Shown here: positions 12,684 through 24,934 of the stretch, piece after piece
Layout: every line of letters begins with the position of its first letter
Numbering within the stretch: the stretch's first letter is position 1
Origin: Eledone cirrhosa
Lineage: Eukaryota
DNA: 64,000 bases
Assembly (NCBI GenBank): GCA_964016885.1
Contig: OZ024744.1
Span: forward strand, 84,630,001 to 84,694,000
Reading direction: 5' to 3'
Made by a program: the position numbers and the translations under genes
The notes under the pieces: model-generated
Database searches by the model: none
What the model was told of the DNA's origin: nothing
What the model saw: the letters and a program-made list of their open reading frames with translations, nothing else

Positions 12684-12870
12684 GGCGGTGAATTGGCAAT
12701 AACAGTAGAGGGTCGGGAGGCATGCTTTCCAGCATAGAGTTACGCCCCTGGTCTGAGTTCAAATCCCGTCGAGGTTAACTTTGCCTTTCATCCTTAAGGG
12801 GTCGATAAAATAAAGTAGCAGTAATGCACTGGGATAATTGCTGGCCGTGTGCCAATAGTAGAAACAATTA
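12684..12870 (+). mobile_element. tRNA-derived SINE, full length
   Basis: GGCGGTGAATTGGCA head, B-box, central domain, ATT tail. Confidence 0.9.
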
Positions 12871-13374
12871 TTTGTGAAGAACCGTAAATTGAGCCTCCAA
12901 ACGAAGACTGGATCCAGTTCCATAAATGTAGAAACTGTTGCCATGAGGCTTGCACTCACTAAAAGCTCAGCCAAGACTTCTATTTGTGGAACTTTTGTGA
13001 ATAAAATGAACATTTTCGATTCATATTTCGCACTTCATGAAAATTGTTTTGAAATATAATCATATATATCATTCGCGTGGCTACTTTGAAGACTAAACAT
13101 AACTGTCAATAACTATATAATGAATTAAGATTTTCTCTTTCTTTTTCAATTCTATGACAAAAGTTGAATATGTTAGAAATTCTTTGAATTATCTCTATTT
13201 TAGCAACATCCGCCAACAAAAAATTGAGCTATGCGGCATAAAAGATGGTATCTAGAATCTGAAATTTCTTGAACCGTGTTCAAAAATGATGTTATTCTCT
13301 CATGCAAAACACCTCGCAAAACAACCTCATGTTTTTTTTTAAATACCGGGACTTATTAGCAAACTATTTTTTTC

Positions 13375-13630
13375 CCAGCCTGTGATATTCGAGACGTTTA
13401 GAGGAGCTGGGCCAACGACAACAAAGTTCTTGTCATTATTGGTGGCTGACCTTACAAAGGTGTCAGGTGATGCCCTTGAGGATGTTTGGTTGCTCCAATG
13501 CCTTAGCCTCACTATCACACACAGTAATACTGCGAGTATTTTTGGCTTGTTTCAAAAAGTATTAGAGGGAGGTTCCGGCGTCTCTTGTGGTATGGGACCG
13601 ATGTTGAATTAATATTTTCTTTCGTTTTGA
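13375..13630 (+). mobile_element. 3' fragment of a CRE-type retrotransposon
   Basis: PVIFETFRGAGP..GDALEDVWLLQCLSL..SNTASIFG matches the CRE REL C-terminus pattern. Confidence 0.65.
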
Positions 13631-13641
13631 TTATATATTCC

Positions 13642-13930
13642 TACTCTCAGGTCTCGAATAATGCCCCCCACCCCACCTCACCAACCCTGCTTATTAATTT
13701 TTCAGATTTGTCGAACCCCTCTCCTCGCTTATCCAATTTTGCTAATCTATATCGGGCGACATTTTATTTTAAGTGGTAACATTCCTGCGACAATTAATTA
13801 AATGACAAAAAAAAAGTACATTACAAGAAATCTCATAAGTTACGAAATAAATAGGATGGGTTGTGGGGGTCTCAATATGTAAACTAAACGACTAATTCTG
13901 TTTTTTTGTTGTTTTTTTTAATTATTATTA
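13642..13930. mobile_element. MITE related to 8326-10358
   Basis: Starts TACTCTCAGGTCTCGAATAA and shares internal sequence in inverted orientation. Confidence 0.55.
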
Positions 13931-15632
13931 TTTTTTAATCAACGGAGACAACCTAGAAAAATTACCGGTACATTGTGTACACGTAGAATGAATGAATAGC
14001 CCAAGGGAAATAAATCTTCTACTTTCAGAGTAGTGGTCGAATTATCTCCCTTAAAAATTACTGCAACACAATATTTGAGACACCTGCTCTTATAAAATAT
14101 ACCACAGTAAATTTTCAATATTTTCCCCTCTTTTAACCTTCCTTATGAAATGTCTTACCTATAGTGTCAAATCATTTTCAAGGATTTAATGATATAACTA
14201 ACTTACTTGTTATCAAACTAGTGTTTAAAGTAAATCTTATAGTTCTTATATAGAATTACGATGGATAGTTTTTAGATAAACATTAACAATTTTGTGGGGC
14301 CGAAGGACTTGCTGAAAGTATAAAGGTCAGAGGTGCCATGGGACTAGAGGGTCTTGCGGGAGGAAAAAAAGTGAGTGACAAGTAGGACAAATGTGGTGGG
14401 CCTCTCGCTTTCGGATAGTTGTGTCGATCGGGCGTGTTTTTGCCGCATGAACTCGGAATATATTTTGATAGGTTCTAGTCAGATGTTAGGCGGGTGGGAC
14501 ACCCATGGATACCCCCCACCCTTTCCTGAACAACATCAATGACAGGAAAAGACCCACGGGGTAAGTGAGCTACAATTTTTCCCTTCACAACAACTTTAAA
14601 ATAAACAATTTTATATTGGAGAATCAGTATTAAATGAGTTAAGACAGTAGGGAGTAGTTTGAGGGAGATTTTGGTCAAGCAGTTTTCTAGCTTGTTCAAA
14701 ATACCGTGTCGAAATGAGCACCTCTAGATATATATAGAAAACAGAAGAACTACAGAAACCGCACACTTACCCCAAAATGCAGCTCCACTTTGGTTACAAC
14801 CAGAACCTATAGACATGGTGATTAAGGCAACGAGGCAGCCTATACGTATATTTGACCTGCTAACATTAGCATCTAAATCCTCCTCAAAATACACTCTGCT
14901 GTTTTTAAGAAAAATAGAAGGTCAAATTAGATAGTGTAGTCTTTGACATACTATAAAACAACACAGCGAGCGTTTCGAAGCTATTTCTTTGCTAAAGGAA
15001 AGGTTAACCTGCGGGCCCCAAGATAGACTTCATGCTTTTTTTTTTTAGGCAATGTTTTACTGTCGGATTTCATTCATGGCCCCAACCTCTTTAGTCACTT
15101 CTAGCAGCACGAAAGATAGTGTATCTATTCTAAATTGGATACCCGGCGAGTAATCCTAAACACGTTGAGTCTGAAAAATAGACAAGATGGTCACAGACGG
15201 AAAGACTTTTGATCAGAGATGACCTGCAGCTAAACAATGACAGACACAATGAAGTGAAAATTATGAAATAGTAACATGTCCAAACTGTCAAACAGAACTT
15301 GGTACGATATACTACAGTAAGTGAAAGAGTTCAGTACATACCAGCAGTGACGGACTAACTAGGTTGCCAGGTTACCCGATGGCAAGTGGGCCCCATGGGG
15401 GGACCACGGTAGTATAGCAGGGGCCCACCATCGTATTTCAGAACCAATGTTTTGCTTTAAAAAAATATCTGAAGTCTAAGATGAAGAACAAAAATTTAAA
15501 AAATTAAAAATAATAATAAAACAATTAAGCTAAGCATTTCGTTCAAAAATTCCCTAAGGAATTAATTGAAACCAGAATTGTTTACAGCATTATTCATTGA
15601 TGCATGCACACATGCGCACACGCACATACGCA

Positions 15633-15703
<71 letters not shown>

Positions 15704-15776
15704 GTTATTCCGGGTTGAATCGGAGGTAACCACAGTAAGTAAGGTACTCAATACATTGCAGAGTATAAAAGTTTTA

Positions 15777-15890
15777 ATATAGATGAGATTCTACAGGACT
15801 AGAACTGTTTCATTCTTTAGAAATCATCAGGAATTCCTGATGATTTCTAAAGAATGAAACAGTTCTAGTCCTGTAGAATCTCATCTATAT
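15777..15890. repeat. Perfect 114-bp palindrome with an HHR core on each strand
   Basis: 57-bp arms with no spacer, centre GAA|TTC at 15833/15834. Each arm reads CUGAUGA-UUUCUAAAGAAU-GAAAC-AGUUCUA-GUC. Confidence 0.92.
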
Positions 15891-16104
15891 ATATATATAT
15901 ATATATATATATAGGCACACAGACACGCAAGAAGACTGTCTCCTGTTCGTATTCCCAGGGCTTAGCCCCAAACACAACAGCCAATAAAACGCATACACAT
16001 ATATATGTATATAGTTACAAACATGTATTTGTACTTACACTTTACACACACATTTCAAGGTTTTTAAAGTTGATACAAGGTTTCTAATACTTTTGTATTA
16101 TTAA

Positions 16105-16483
16105 GGTGAATTGGCAGTATCGGTAGAGGGTTGGACGCCATGCTTTCCAGCATAGTTACGTCCCTTTACGGTCTGAGTTCAAATCCCGCCGAGGTTAACT
16201 TTGCCTTTCATCCTTACCTGGTCGATAAAAAATAAAGTACCAGTAATACACTGGGTAATTTGCTGGCCTTGTGCCAAAAGTAGAAACAATTATTAAGGTG
16301 AATTGGCAGTATCGGTAGAGGGTTGGACGCCATGCTTTCTAGCATAGTTACGTCCCTTTACAGTCTGAGTTCAAATCCCGCCGAGGTTAACTTTGCCTTT
16401 CATCCTTACGGGGTTAATAAAATAAAGTACCAGTAATGTACTGGGTAATTTGCTGGCCTTGCGCCAAAAAGTAGAAACAATTA
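16105..16483 (+). mobile_element. Two head-to-tail SINE copies
   Basis: ~188-bp near-identical units joined at ATTATTAAGGTG. Confidence 0.92.
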
Positions 16484-16572
16484 TTCTTTCTGCAGTGCAT
16501 ATTTCCATAAAATACCGAAATAGGTAGGCTTCTCATATTTTGAACTCACCTTGTGTCCTCTCATTCTCTCTC

Positions 16573-16619
<47 letters not shown>

Positions 16620-16676
16620 CACTCATTTGCATACTCACTCATAACTTTGTATCACCCTCAATAAAATATTATCTCC

Positions 16677-16946
16677 ACTATCCAGCGAACTTCAACCGTT
16701 AAGGTTGTCTTTTTTCCGGTATGTGAATATTTATTTATAAAACAAATCTGTATTTTATCTGATGAAAGTGCACTATAATTTGCCTTGGTTACCCTTGAAA
16801 TATATATAATAAAATAATTATGGTTTTATAAATATAGTTTCCATTTATTAATATATTGTATATTTACTCCATTAATTTGTTGAGTGCTTTATATCAGTTA
16901 TAAAATGTTTAAGCTTGTTGAATCCCAACAAATTAAATATAACTTC

Positions 16947-17012
<66 letters not shown>

Positions 17013-17415
17013 ATATTAATAAATGGAAACTATATTTATAAAACCATAATTATTTTATTGTATATATTTCAAGGGCAACCAAGCCAATCTTGGTGCGCTT
17101 TCATCAGATAAAATACAAAATTTGTTTTATAAATAGTGACATAACCATGGAAAACAACCTTGACGGTTGAAAATTCGCTGGATAGTATGGTTATGTCACT
17201 ATTTATAAAACAAATTTTGTATTTTATCTGATGAAAGCGCACCTAGATTGGCTTGGTTGCCCTTGTAATATATATAATAAAATATTTTGGTTTTATAAAT
17301 ATAGTTTCCATTTATTAATATATTGAACATTTACTCCAGTAAACTGTTGAGTGCTCTATATCAGTTATAAACTTTTAAGTTTGTTGGAATACCAACAAAT
17401 TAAATATAACTTCTA
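16677..17415. mobile_element. Three copies (+,-,+) of a non-coding HHR-bearing pLTR-like module in (TA)n
   Basis: Copy A 16677-16950 (+), copy B 17009-17186 (-), copy C 17187-17415 (+). B and C form a ~140-bp inverted repeat. Confidence 0.85.
16751..16816 (+). ncRNA. Type I hammerhead ribozyme with intact core
   Basis: UAUUUUAU-CUGAUGA-AAG..CUU-GAAA-UAUAUA-UA-AUAAAAUA, 8-bp helix I. Sister copies at 17051-17115 (-, U16.1>C) and 17220-17284 (+, GAAA>GUAA) are mutated. Confidence 0.8.
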
Positions 17416-17449
17416 CATATATATATATTGTGTGTAAGTATATATATAC

Positions 17450-17578
<129 letters not shown>

Positions 17579-17909
17579 GCTAATTTTGAATTTTACGAAA
17601 ATTATAGTTTTTATCATTTGATTGAAATTTCTATATATTGTTTAATTGTTGAAATATTTATGGAATTAAATATTCCTAATAGTATTATAACACATGTTTT
17701 TTTCTTTTTTTCATACACTTTTACTTTTATTGCATTTTTCCAAATATTTACATTTTTACCATTATATTCACATAAGGGTTGAAATATTATAATATATTCA
17801 TGTATAGGACAAGGACACCCATGAAAATGTATTGCAATAGAAAAACTATGGAAAATCAGATTTTCACTTTTTACCTACAAATACAGCTATCAAAGATATA
17901 TAGAGTAGA

Positions 17910-18018
17910 AATAATTGTTTCTACTTTTGTCACAAGACCAACAATTATCTCAATGCATTACTGGTACTTTATTTTATCGACCCCTTAAGGATGAAAGGCA
18001 AAGTTAACCTCGGCGGGA
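17910..18018 (-). mobile_element. 5'-truncated SINE with TSD
   Basis: ATATAGAGTAGA is repeated on both sides (~17898 and ~18018). Confidence 0.88.
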
Positions 18019-18249
18019 TATAGAGTAGACACAAAAGGGTTTAGATATTTTTATTATTTTCTTGAAGAAAAAAGTGGAAGGGATAATGTTCCAAATTTTG
18101 TTTCTTGATATCACCTGCATAACAAATGATAATATATGGTTGTGAGGAGGAATAATAATATTTTACCTGGTTTAATTTATATCAACCATTCAACCAACAT
18201 GGTTAAACAGTAACTAAAATATTATTTAGAAAATATATATTAGTAGTAT

Positions 18250-19845
18250 ATTTATCCTAAAAAGGAAAGAAAGAATAGGGAAATATAGAGAAAAAAGTAA
18301 GAAAGGAAGAAGAAAAAGAAGGGTGAGCGGATGACAAGAGCTCTGATGTCGCAGAAGAGAGGAGAGGGCTGAAGAAGGAGGGTTATTGGGCTTTGGGCCT
18401 AGGGCAAGATGGCAAGAGGGCGGAAGCTCTGCGCCTCACGGACAAGACGTTAAAAGCATTCCCCTACATGATAGCCAGTGACACATGCTGCAATAGCCAC
18501 CCAACCTCGTGAGGCTCTCTCCTCAGACGTGCCACCGACGTTCCGATCTTGTGGAGGAGATTGGCAATACGGGGTCCAAGTATCTCTGGGGTCTCGACGG
18601 CGACCGGTGCGAGGAGGAAGCGGTCGGACAAACCCCGGTATTTGTTCATTTTACGTTCTTCTGCGAGGCGGAGGTGGAGGCGGAGAACGTGTCGTAGCAG
18701 AGGGTGATTCCATAGGGACGCTTGCCATCTCCGCATCTAGGCCTGCTGGCTCAAGTTGAGATGTAAAGGCAGCTGCGTCCAGGCTTCTTCTCAATATGAT
18801 GTTGAGAGCGGCGTGTCAAGGGAACCGGCCTGCACTCTGGCGGCAAGACAGAGGGTGCAGGCGGAACATGTCAACAAGAACCCCGCAGCGACATTTATGT
18901 GGCTCATCCACACGGGGGCCAAGGCGTTGGGCTACTCCGATGCGAGTGCACTCATCATCAAAAAGGGTACCGGTTGATGAGGAGGGCACCGAATTGAGCC
19001 ACGCGTTGGTGTTAGCTGAGAAGCGGAGTGGAGGCAGGCGAGGTGGTTTGGGTCCAAACCAGACTCGATCCGCCTGACAGAAGATCTGCAATTGATGCCG
19101 CCCCAGTTACGTTGGACCGTAGTATACTGGGGGATAGAGAGGCCTTCGCCTGTCCAGTAGGCCAGAGCCTGTTCCATCTCAGGGGCCAGGTTTGGCTGAT
19201 AACCTCATTGACGAGAGCACGACTGGAGGAAATAGAGGAGAGGTTGGCAGGCAAAGCTAGGTCCGAAGCTGATCAGGCCACCGAAGCTGGTCGAAGCTAC
19301 CGAACCCCGCTGGGAGAGTCGACTTTTGTCAGACTGCGCTGTCGAAACTGACATTGCAGATGAGTTTCGCACAGCGTCGAATGGTGGCGTCGAGTTACCC
19401 GAGAAGATCTGCGTTGGGGTGGCAAGGTACACCGCGCAGCATGAATGTGAGTTTGGGGAGGGTGAAACAGTTCCTCAAGAGGAAGAGCACGAGATGAGCG
19501 TCAATGAGGTGCAGCCTTTCTGCTAATCGGGACAAATCGGCTTGCTTGGTCTCCAGGCATTCTCTTATGGCTTTCGGGAGAATGGTGGAGCTGAGAATGC
19601 ACATGGCGTCCTTGGGTGTCAGTTGAGCACCGGCCAGGAAGGGGTGGGAGCAGAGTACGATGTTACGGAATTCGGCCTCTCCGAGGCTAATGTTGGTCAC
19701 CTCAGACTTGGTTGGGTTAAGCTCAAGTCCAAGGAGCTTTAGAGCTGAGATGATTTGTCAAAGGTCCTCAACTACTGTCTCAGCCAGGCCGCCCAGTGTC
19801 CCGTCGTCGAGGTACAAGACGTTGAGGGGTGACCGGACCGACTGG
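18250..19845 (-). mobile_element. CRE-type non-LTR retrotransposon, 5' truncated and frameshifted
   Basis: RT LYLDDGTLG..GLELNPTKSE, Zn motif CRCG..HPLSC, REL end PVAVET..LGP..WLLQHVSLAI, pyrimidine-rich 3' UTR. Confidence 0.8.
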
Positions 19846-22015
19846 ATAGACTCCATAGGCAAGGGCCCGGTTACTGGAAGCTGAACGCGTCGTTCCCGGC
19901 GCGCAAAGCTTACGGAGACCGGATTAGCGAATTAGTTAAGCGTGCGTTGACGGGTGCCATCATCAACAACAGGTGGTGGTTCACCCTGAAAAGGGATATT
20001 AGAGTAGAATCGTAAGGTTTAGCAAAGGAGTAGTAATAGAGGAAAATAGAGTAGAGGGTGAGTTAGTTAGAAATCTAGAAGAGGCGTTTAGGACAGGCAT
20101 CGCAACCGACGTGCTTGCAGCGAGATTGGCACCGACCAATTCTTCAACGCAAAGCATGAAGGCTGCGTTGTCAGAGCTAGAACGCGTGCTCTAAGACACG
20201 AGGGTACGAAAGCCGTTCAATGAGCCCGGGTGGTGGAGGCGTGACATGGCAACAAGTCCACAATTGGTTTTCAAAACGGCGGTCAAAACGGGCGAACGCT
20301 GCTCGAACCCGGGTGGGATCCTGATCATCTTGGATCAATCTAAAGCATTTGATAGGTTCGACCCTCGGTACCTGGCTGCGGTCCTCGAGGCGGCCGGCTT
20401 CGGGCCCGTTTTTAGGGGCTAGATCGCTGCGATGCAGTGCGACATCTGCTCGATTGTGAGGGTGAATGGTAACCTGTCGCAGCCTTTCAGCATCATGTGC
20501 TCGGTCCGCCAGGGTTGCCCCCTCTCGTCCCTCTTGTACGTACTGGCCCTCGAGCCATTGCTTCACAAATTGGAGACGATGAGGGAGATCTCACGCGAAC
20601 TGGGATGCGGGAGCTCCGTGTTAGCTTACGCCGACGACGTCACCGTGGTGGTGTCGAGCACCAAACACGTCCAGATGCTCGGTACCGCTCTCAAGGAATA
20701 CGAAGCGGTGACAGGAGCAAAGATAAACCAGGAAAAGTCGGTGGGCTTGCAACTCGGCACCTGGAGAGGCAAGTCCATGCCCTCTGACATCGTCGTGGGG
20801 CGCTGGACGGAAGGACCGGTTAAATTGCTCGGGGTCTGGTTCGGTCCGGACCTCCAGATGGAAAAAGACTGGAGCGAGATGACGAGCCGGGTGGCCTCTC
20901 TCACCCAAAAATGGGCTGAGAGGTGGCTATCTTTGAAAGGTCGGGCGGAGGTGGCGAATGCGTACATAGCGTCCGTCATCTGCTTCCGCCTGACTGTAAT
21001 ACCTTGCCCTCACCCAACTCTGACCAAAATGAACCGCCTTCTCTTCCGCTTTTTGTGGAAGGGACGTACCCCCATGGTCAGACGATCCATTTGCTGTCAA
21101 CACCCGTTGTGTGGAGGACTAGGCATGCCGTGGCTGATGATGCGCAAACATACGCTGAGGCTGCGACATCTCTGGTGCTTCCTTGACGGTGAACAGGTGT
21201 GGTCGCCGTTTTGCCAGACGCGCTTTTCCCCAGCTCGTCTCCTTCACGGAGCTGCAGTCCTGGATCAGGAAAAGACCGAGGGGTAGCGCTTGGAAGCTGG
21301 AATGTCTCCAAGCGCTCACCGCCTTCTACCAGCTGGGCGCCAGTATCGGTGGAACATCCACCTCGGCGTTCTTTAGAGGGCTAGTGGAGGGAAAGAGCGA
21401 TGACGTTCTCGGGGAGACCCTAGGCGTCGATGACGATCAGCTGTTCGCTCCGTTCAAGAGAACTTTCAAGAGAACTTAAAGAGGTGGAAGGGCAGGCAGT
21501 TTTCATCTGCCTGGAGGCCATGGCAAAAGAGATTGTGTGGTGGACAAGGTTGAAAGGGTTAAAGACAGACACTTTCCTCTTCGGCGAATCTCTGATTAAC
21601 TTTTTCAAGTTTCACTTGAAGAGGAAAATCAGGGTGGAGAGGCAAGTGCTATCTTTTAGTAAGTTTGTTGAAAGGTGGGTGAAAGTGGCGAGTCTGGTCC
21701 GAGTGAACGGGCCCGCTCTGAGTATGCGCCTGTAGACTGAGAAGTGGAAAAACTGAGAGAGGGCGCTTGCCCTGGTGGTCAGGGTGGCTGTGGTCTTTTG
21801 TGTGGTTTTCGCCACGAGTGACCCTCGGAAGTTTCCCCCCTATTGGGGAATTTTTTGTTGTTTGAATCTTTTTTATATTTCTATCTTGTTATAACCTTTT
21901 TTACACGGCCAAAACCCACTTTGTATCGTCCTGTACCGTTATGTGCCTCCTGTAATGTTTTTCTTCATGTTAGCCCTTGTGGCCAATAAAGAAACCATTA
22001 TTATTATTATTATTG
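19846..22015 (+). mobile_element. Tx1/L1-type LINE, 5' truncated with internal deletions
   Basis: GPGYWKLNAS, VRQGCPLS, YADD. Colinear with 34520-37515; ends AATAAAGAAACC(ATT)n. Confidence 0.9.
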
Positions 22016-22024
22016 TTGTTATTA

Positions 22025-24934
22025 CTCTTTGAGTCTCAGTCATTGATGTTATTTAACTGGAAAGTTTGTTGAAATAAATATCAAGCCACTACCTGCAGCC
22101 TCAGATATTCAGGACATATCGGAGGGTTCTTGCTGTTCCCAGCAAGCATGCCTTTTGAAGCGTTCCAAAAAGCGTGAAGGAGCCAATTTTCTTTAACCAT
22201 CCCTGGAAACTTTTTGAGTCCCTAGTGCGCCTATGATAATCGGGATCACTTTGATTTCATGGCAGTTCCAAATCCTTTATACCTCCCACTTTAAGTCCTG
22301 GTATCGGTTAATTTTCTCCCTCTCCTTCTCTTGTACTCTCGTGTCGAATGGGCAGGCCACATCCACAATCAGGCACGATCTTTTTTCTTTATCCACAACC
22401 ACCAGGTCAGGTCTATTGTGTTCCAGTTTCTTGTCCGTCTGTATCCTAAAATCCCACAGCACCTTCACCTGATCGTTTTCTATCACCGCCTCTGGCTTAT
22501 GCTCATACCACTGCTCAGAATGTGGTAAATTGTTTACTTTGCATAGGTGCCAGTGGATCACCCTGCCCATCACATCATGTCTCCAGCCCTTATAGTGAGT
22601 CTGGGCTAGGTGTTTACACTCGGATACAATGTGAGCCACAGTCTCCTCTCTCTCTCCACAGATCCTGCACAGTGAGTTAGCCTCCTCCTGGTAAATATGG
22701 TGTTTCAACCACTTCGTTTTGAGGGCCTGCTCCTGCGCAGCCATTAACATTCGTTCTGTAGCCTTTTTAAGGTCTCCTCTTTTCAACCAGTTCCATGTCT
22801 GTGGATCTCTAAATTCAGTTTTCTCAAAGAAGGTACTATGAAGGGATTTTCCTGAAGGCTGCTCTTTCTCCTTGATGTTATTTCCTCCTTGGACATCCCC
22901 TGGCCTATTGTCCCCTCCTTCAGTACAGTTCTGAGCATTGGCTCCTTACTATCAGTCACGTATTTGTGTAGGTTGTTTTTCCCCATCTGAACACAGTCCT
23001 CTATGCTGATAAGACCTCTTCCACCTTCAGATCTCCTTAAGTAGAGTCTATCGACATCACTCCTCTTGTGGAACATGTTGTAGATAGTCAATAGCTTCCT
23101 AGTCTTCCTATCCATTTCTTTTTGTTCAGCAGCATTCCATCTTAGAATTCCCGCACTGTACCTAATAATAGACACAGCTCGGGAATTTACTGCACTTATG
23201 GCATTCCTACTGTTCAGATGTGACTTTAATACGCTCCTTACTCTCCGAATGTATTCAGTTCTTATCAATTCCTTCATTTTTTTGTTCTTGATGTCATCAG
23301 CCTCCAGAACGCCCAAATACTTGTATCCTTCTTCAGAGTCAATTTCCTTTATCATCTCACCTGTCGGTACCTGGATTCCGTTACTTCTGCTCAACTTACC
23401 CCTCTTCATCACAATGACTCCACACTTACTAATACCAAATTGCATACATATATCATTGCTGAAAATACGGACAGTGTCAACAAGCACATCCAACTCCTTC
23501 TCACTCTTCCCGAAGAGCTTAAGATCGTTCATGAAGAGGAGGTGATTGATGGTAAGCCCTCCCTTTCCCAACCTGTATCCTGCTCTCACTTTTCGCAGTA
23601 CACTGGTCAGGGGCATCAGGGCAAGGACAAACAACAGAGGGTACAGACTATCTCCCTGGAAGATACCTCTCTTGATCTTCACGCTTCCCAAGGATTCTCC
23701 AGTTGATGTTAACTCAGTTTCCCAGGACTTCATACTTTTGCCCAACAACTATCTGATGTTATCTGCCACCTTGAAGATCTCCAGGCTTTTGGTGATCCAA
23801 GAATGAGGCACCATGTCAAATGCCTTTTTGTAGTCTATCCATCCCATGGCAAGACCAGTGTGTCTCCTCTTGCAATTCCTCATTACCATCTTATCAATAA
23901 GTAACTGGTCCTTTGTACCACGTGACTTCTTTCGGCATCCTTTCTGTTCGTCCGGTAACGAGTTGTTTGTGTGGAGGTGATGGTAGATTTCCTCAGACAT
24001 AATGCTTGTCAACAGTTTCCATATTACGGACAGACATGTGATAGGTCTATAGTTGGTAACATCATTACCCTTGATTCGGTCTTTCATTATCAGAACTGTG
24101 GTACCTTTTGTCAACCACTCTGGTACCTCACCTGACATCAAGCAGTCATTGAACATGGTTGTCAGTTTCGGGTGGAGGGATGTTATATTTTTAATCCAAT
24201 ACCCCTGCACACCATCTGGGCCTGGTGATTTCCAGTTGGTTAGTTTTTTGGCCTGCCTCTTAAGAGTTTCAACTGTGATACTCAAATCAGTTTGTTGGTG
24301 TGCCTGTTCACTAATCTCTTTCTGTACTGTCTCAATCCACACTGCCTGGTCATTATGTTTAACATCCTGCTCCCATATTCCTCTCCAGAATGTTTTAGTT
24401 TGTTCCGCCTCAGGGATCAAGTTCTCGTATCGCCTGATTTTTGCACTCTTTGCTACAATGCGTTGCTTCAGTTCCTCTATGATAATATTTAGCTTTTTCC
24501 TCCTAGTTTTGTACTTTATTTCCAGTCTATTTTTAGTGTTTATGTTTTTTAGTGTCCCATTCAGTAGGGACTCAAGCTTTCCAATGTCATTCCTCATTTC
24601 CCTGATTTGACCACTCAGTCGTTTCTTCCACCAAGGCTCTGCTCTTTCTTGTCTGTTGTTTCCTCTCGCTTTTATACCAAGTAGTTTCCTCACCGTATTT
24701 GCTGTTGCTTTGAGGATATTGTTGCACTGGTGAAGGCTCCTCGCCTCAAGGTATGGGATGACTTTGTTTACCTTAGCTGTTGTTTCTTTTAACTTTTTCC
24801 TGTCTACAAATCTTAGGTTCATAGGTCTCCCACTATCATTGTTCAATTCATCTACAACTAAGTTTAGGATATCAACCAAATCTTGTCCTAGCCCGTCAGC
24901 ATTCATCTCCTCAGTGGCCGTATCTCTGTTCCAG
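22025..24934 (-). mobile_element. Dong/R4-clade LINE, family 1, 5' truncated pseudogene
   Basis: KSPGPDG, NYRPITCL, IDYKKAFD, GIFQGDSL, CRIC..ETVAHIVSEC, RHD, NRPD. Stops, a frameshift and a ~30-aa deletion. Confidence 0.92.

Noticed and set aside
14960-15035. Helix II plus GAAAC relic on the minus strand
   Set aside because: The first core box is absent, so it is too degraded to call.
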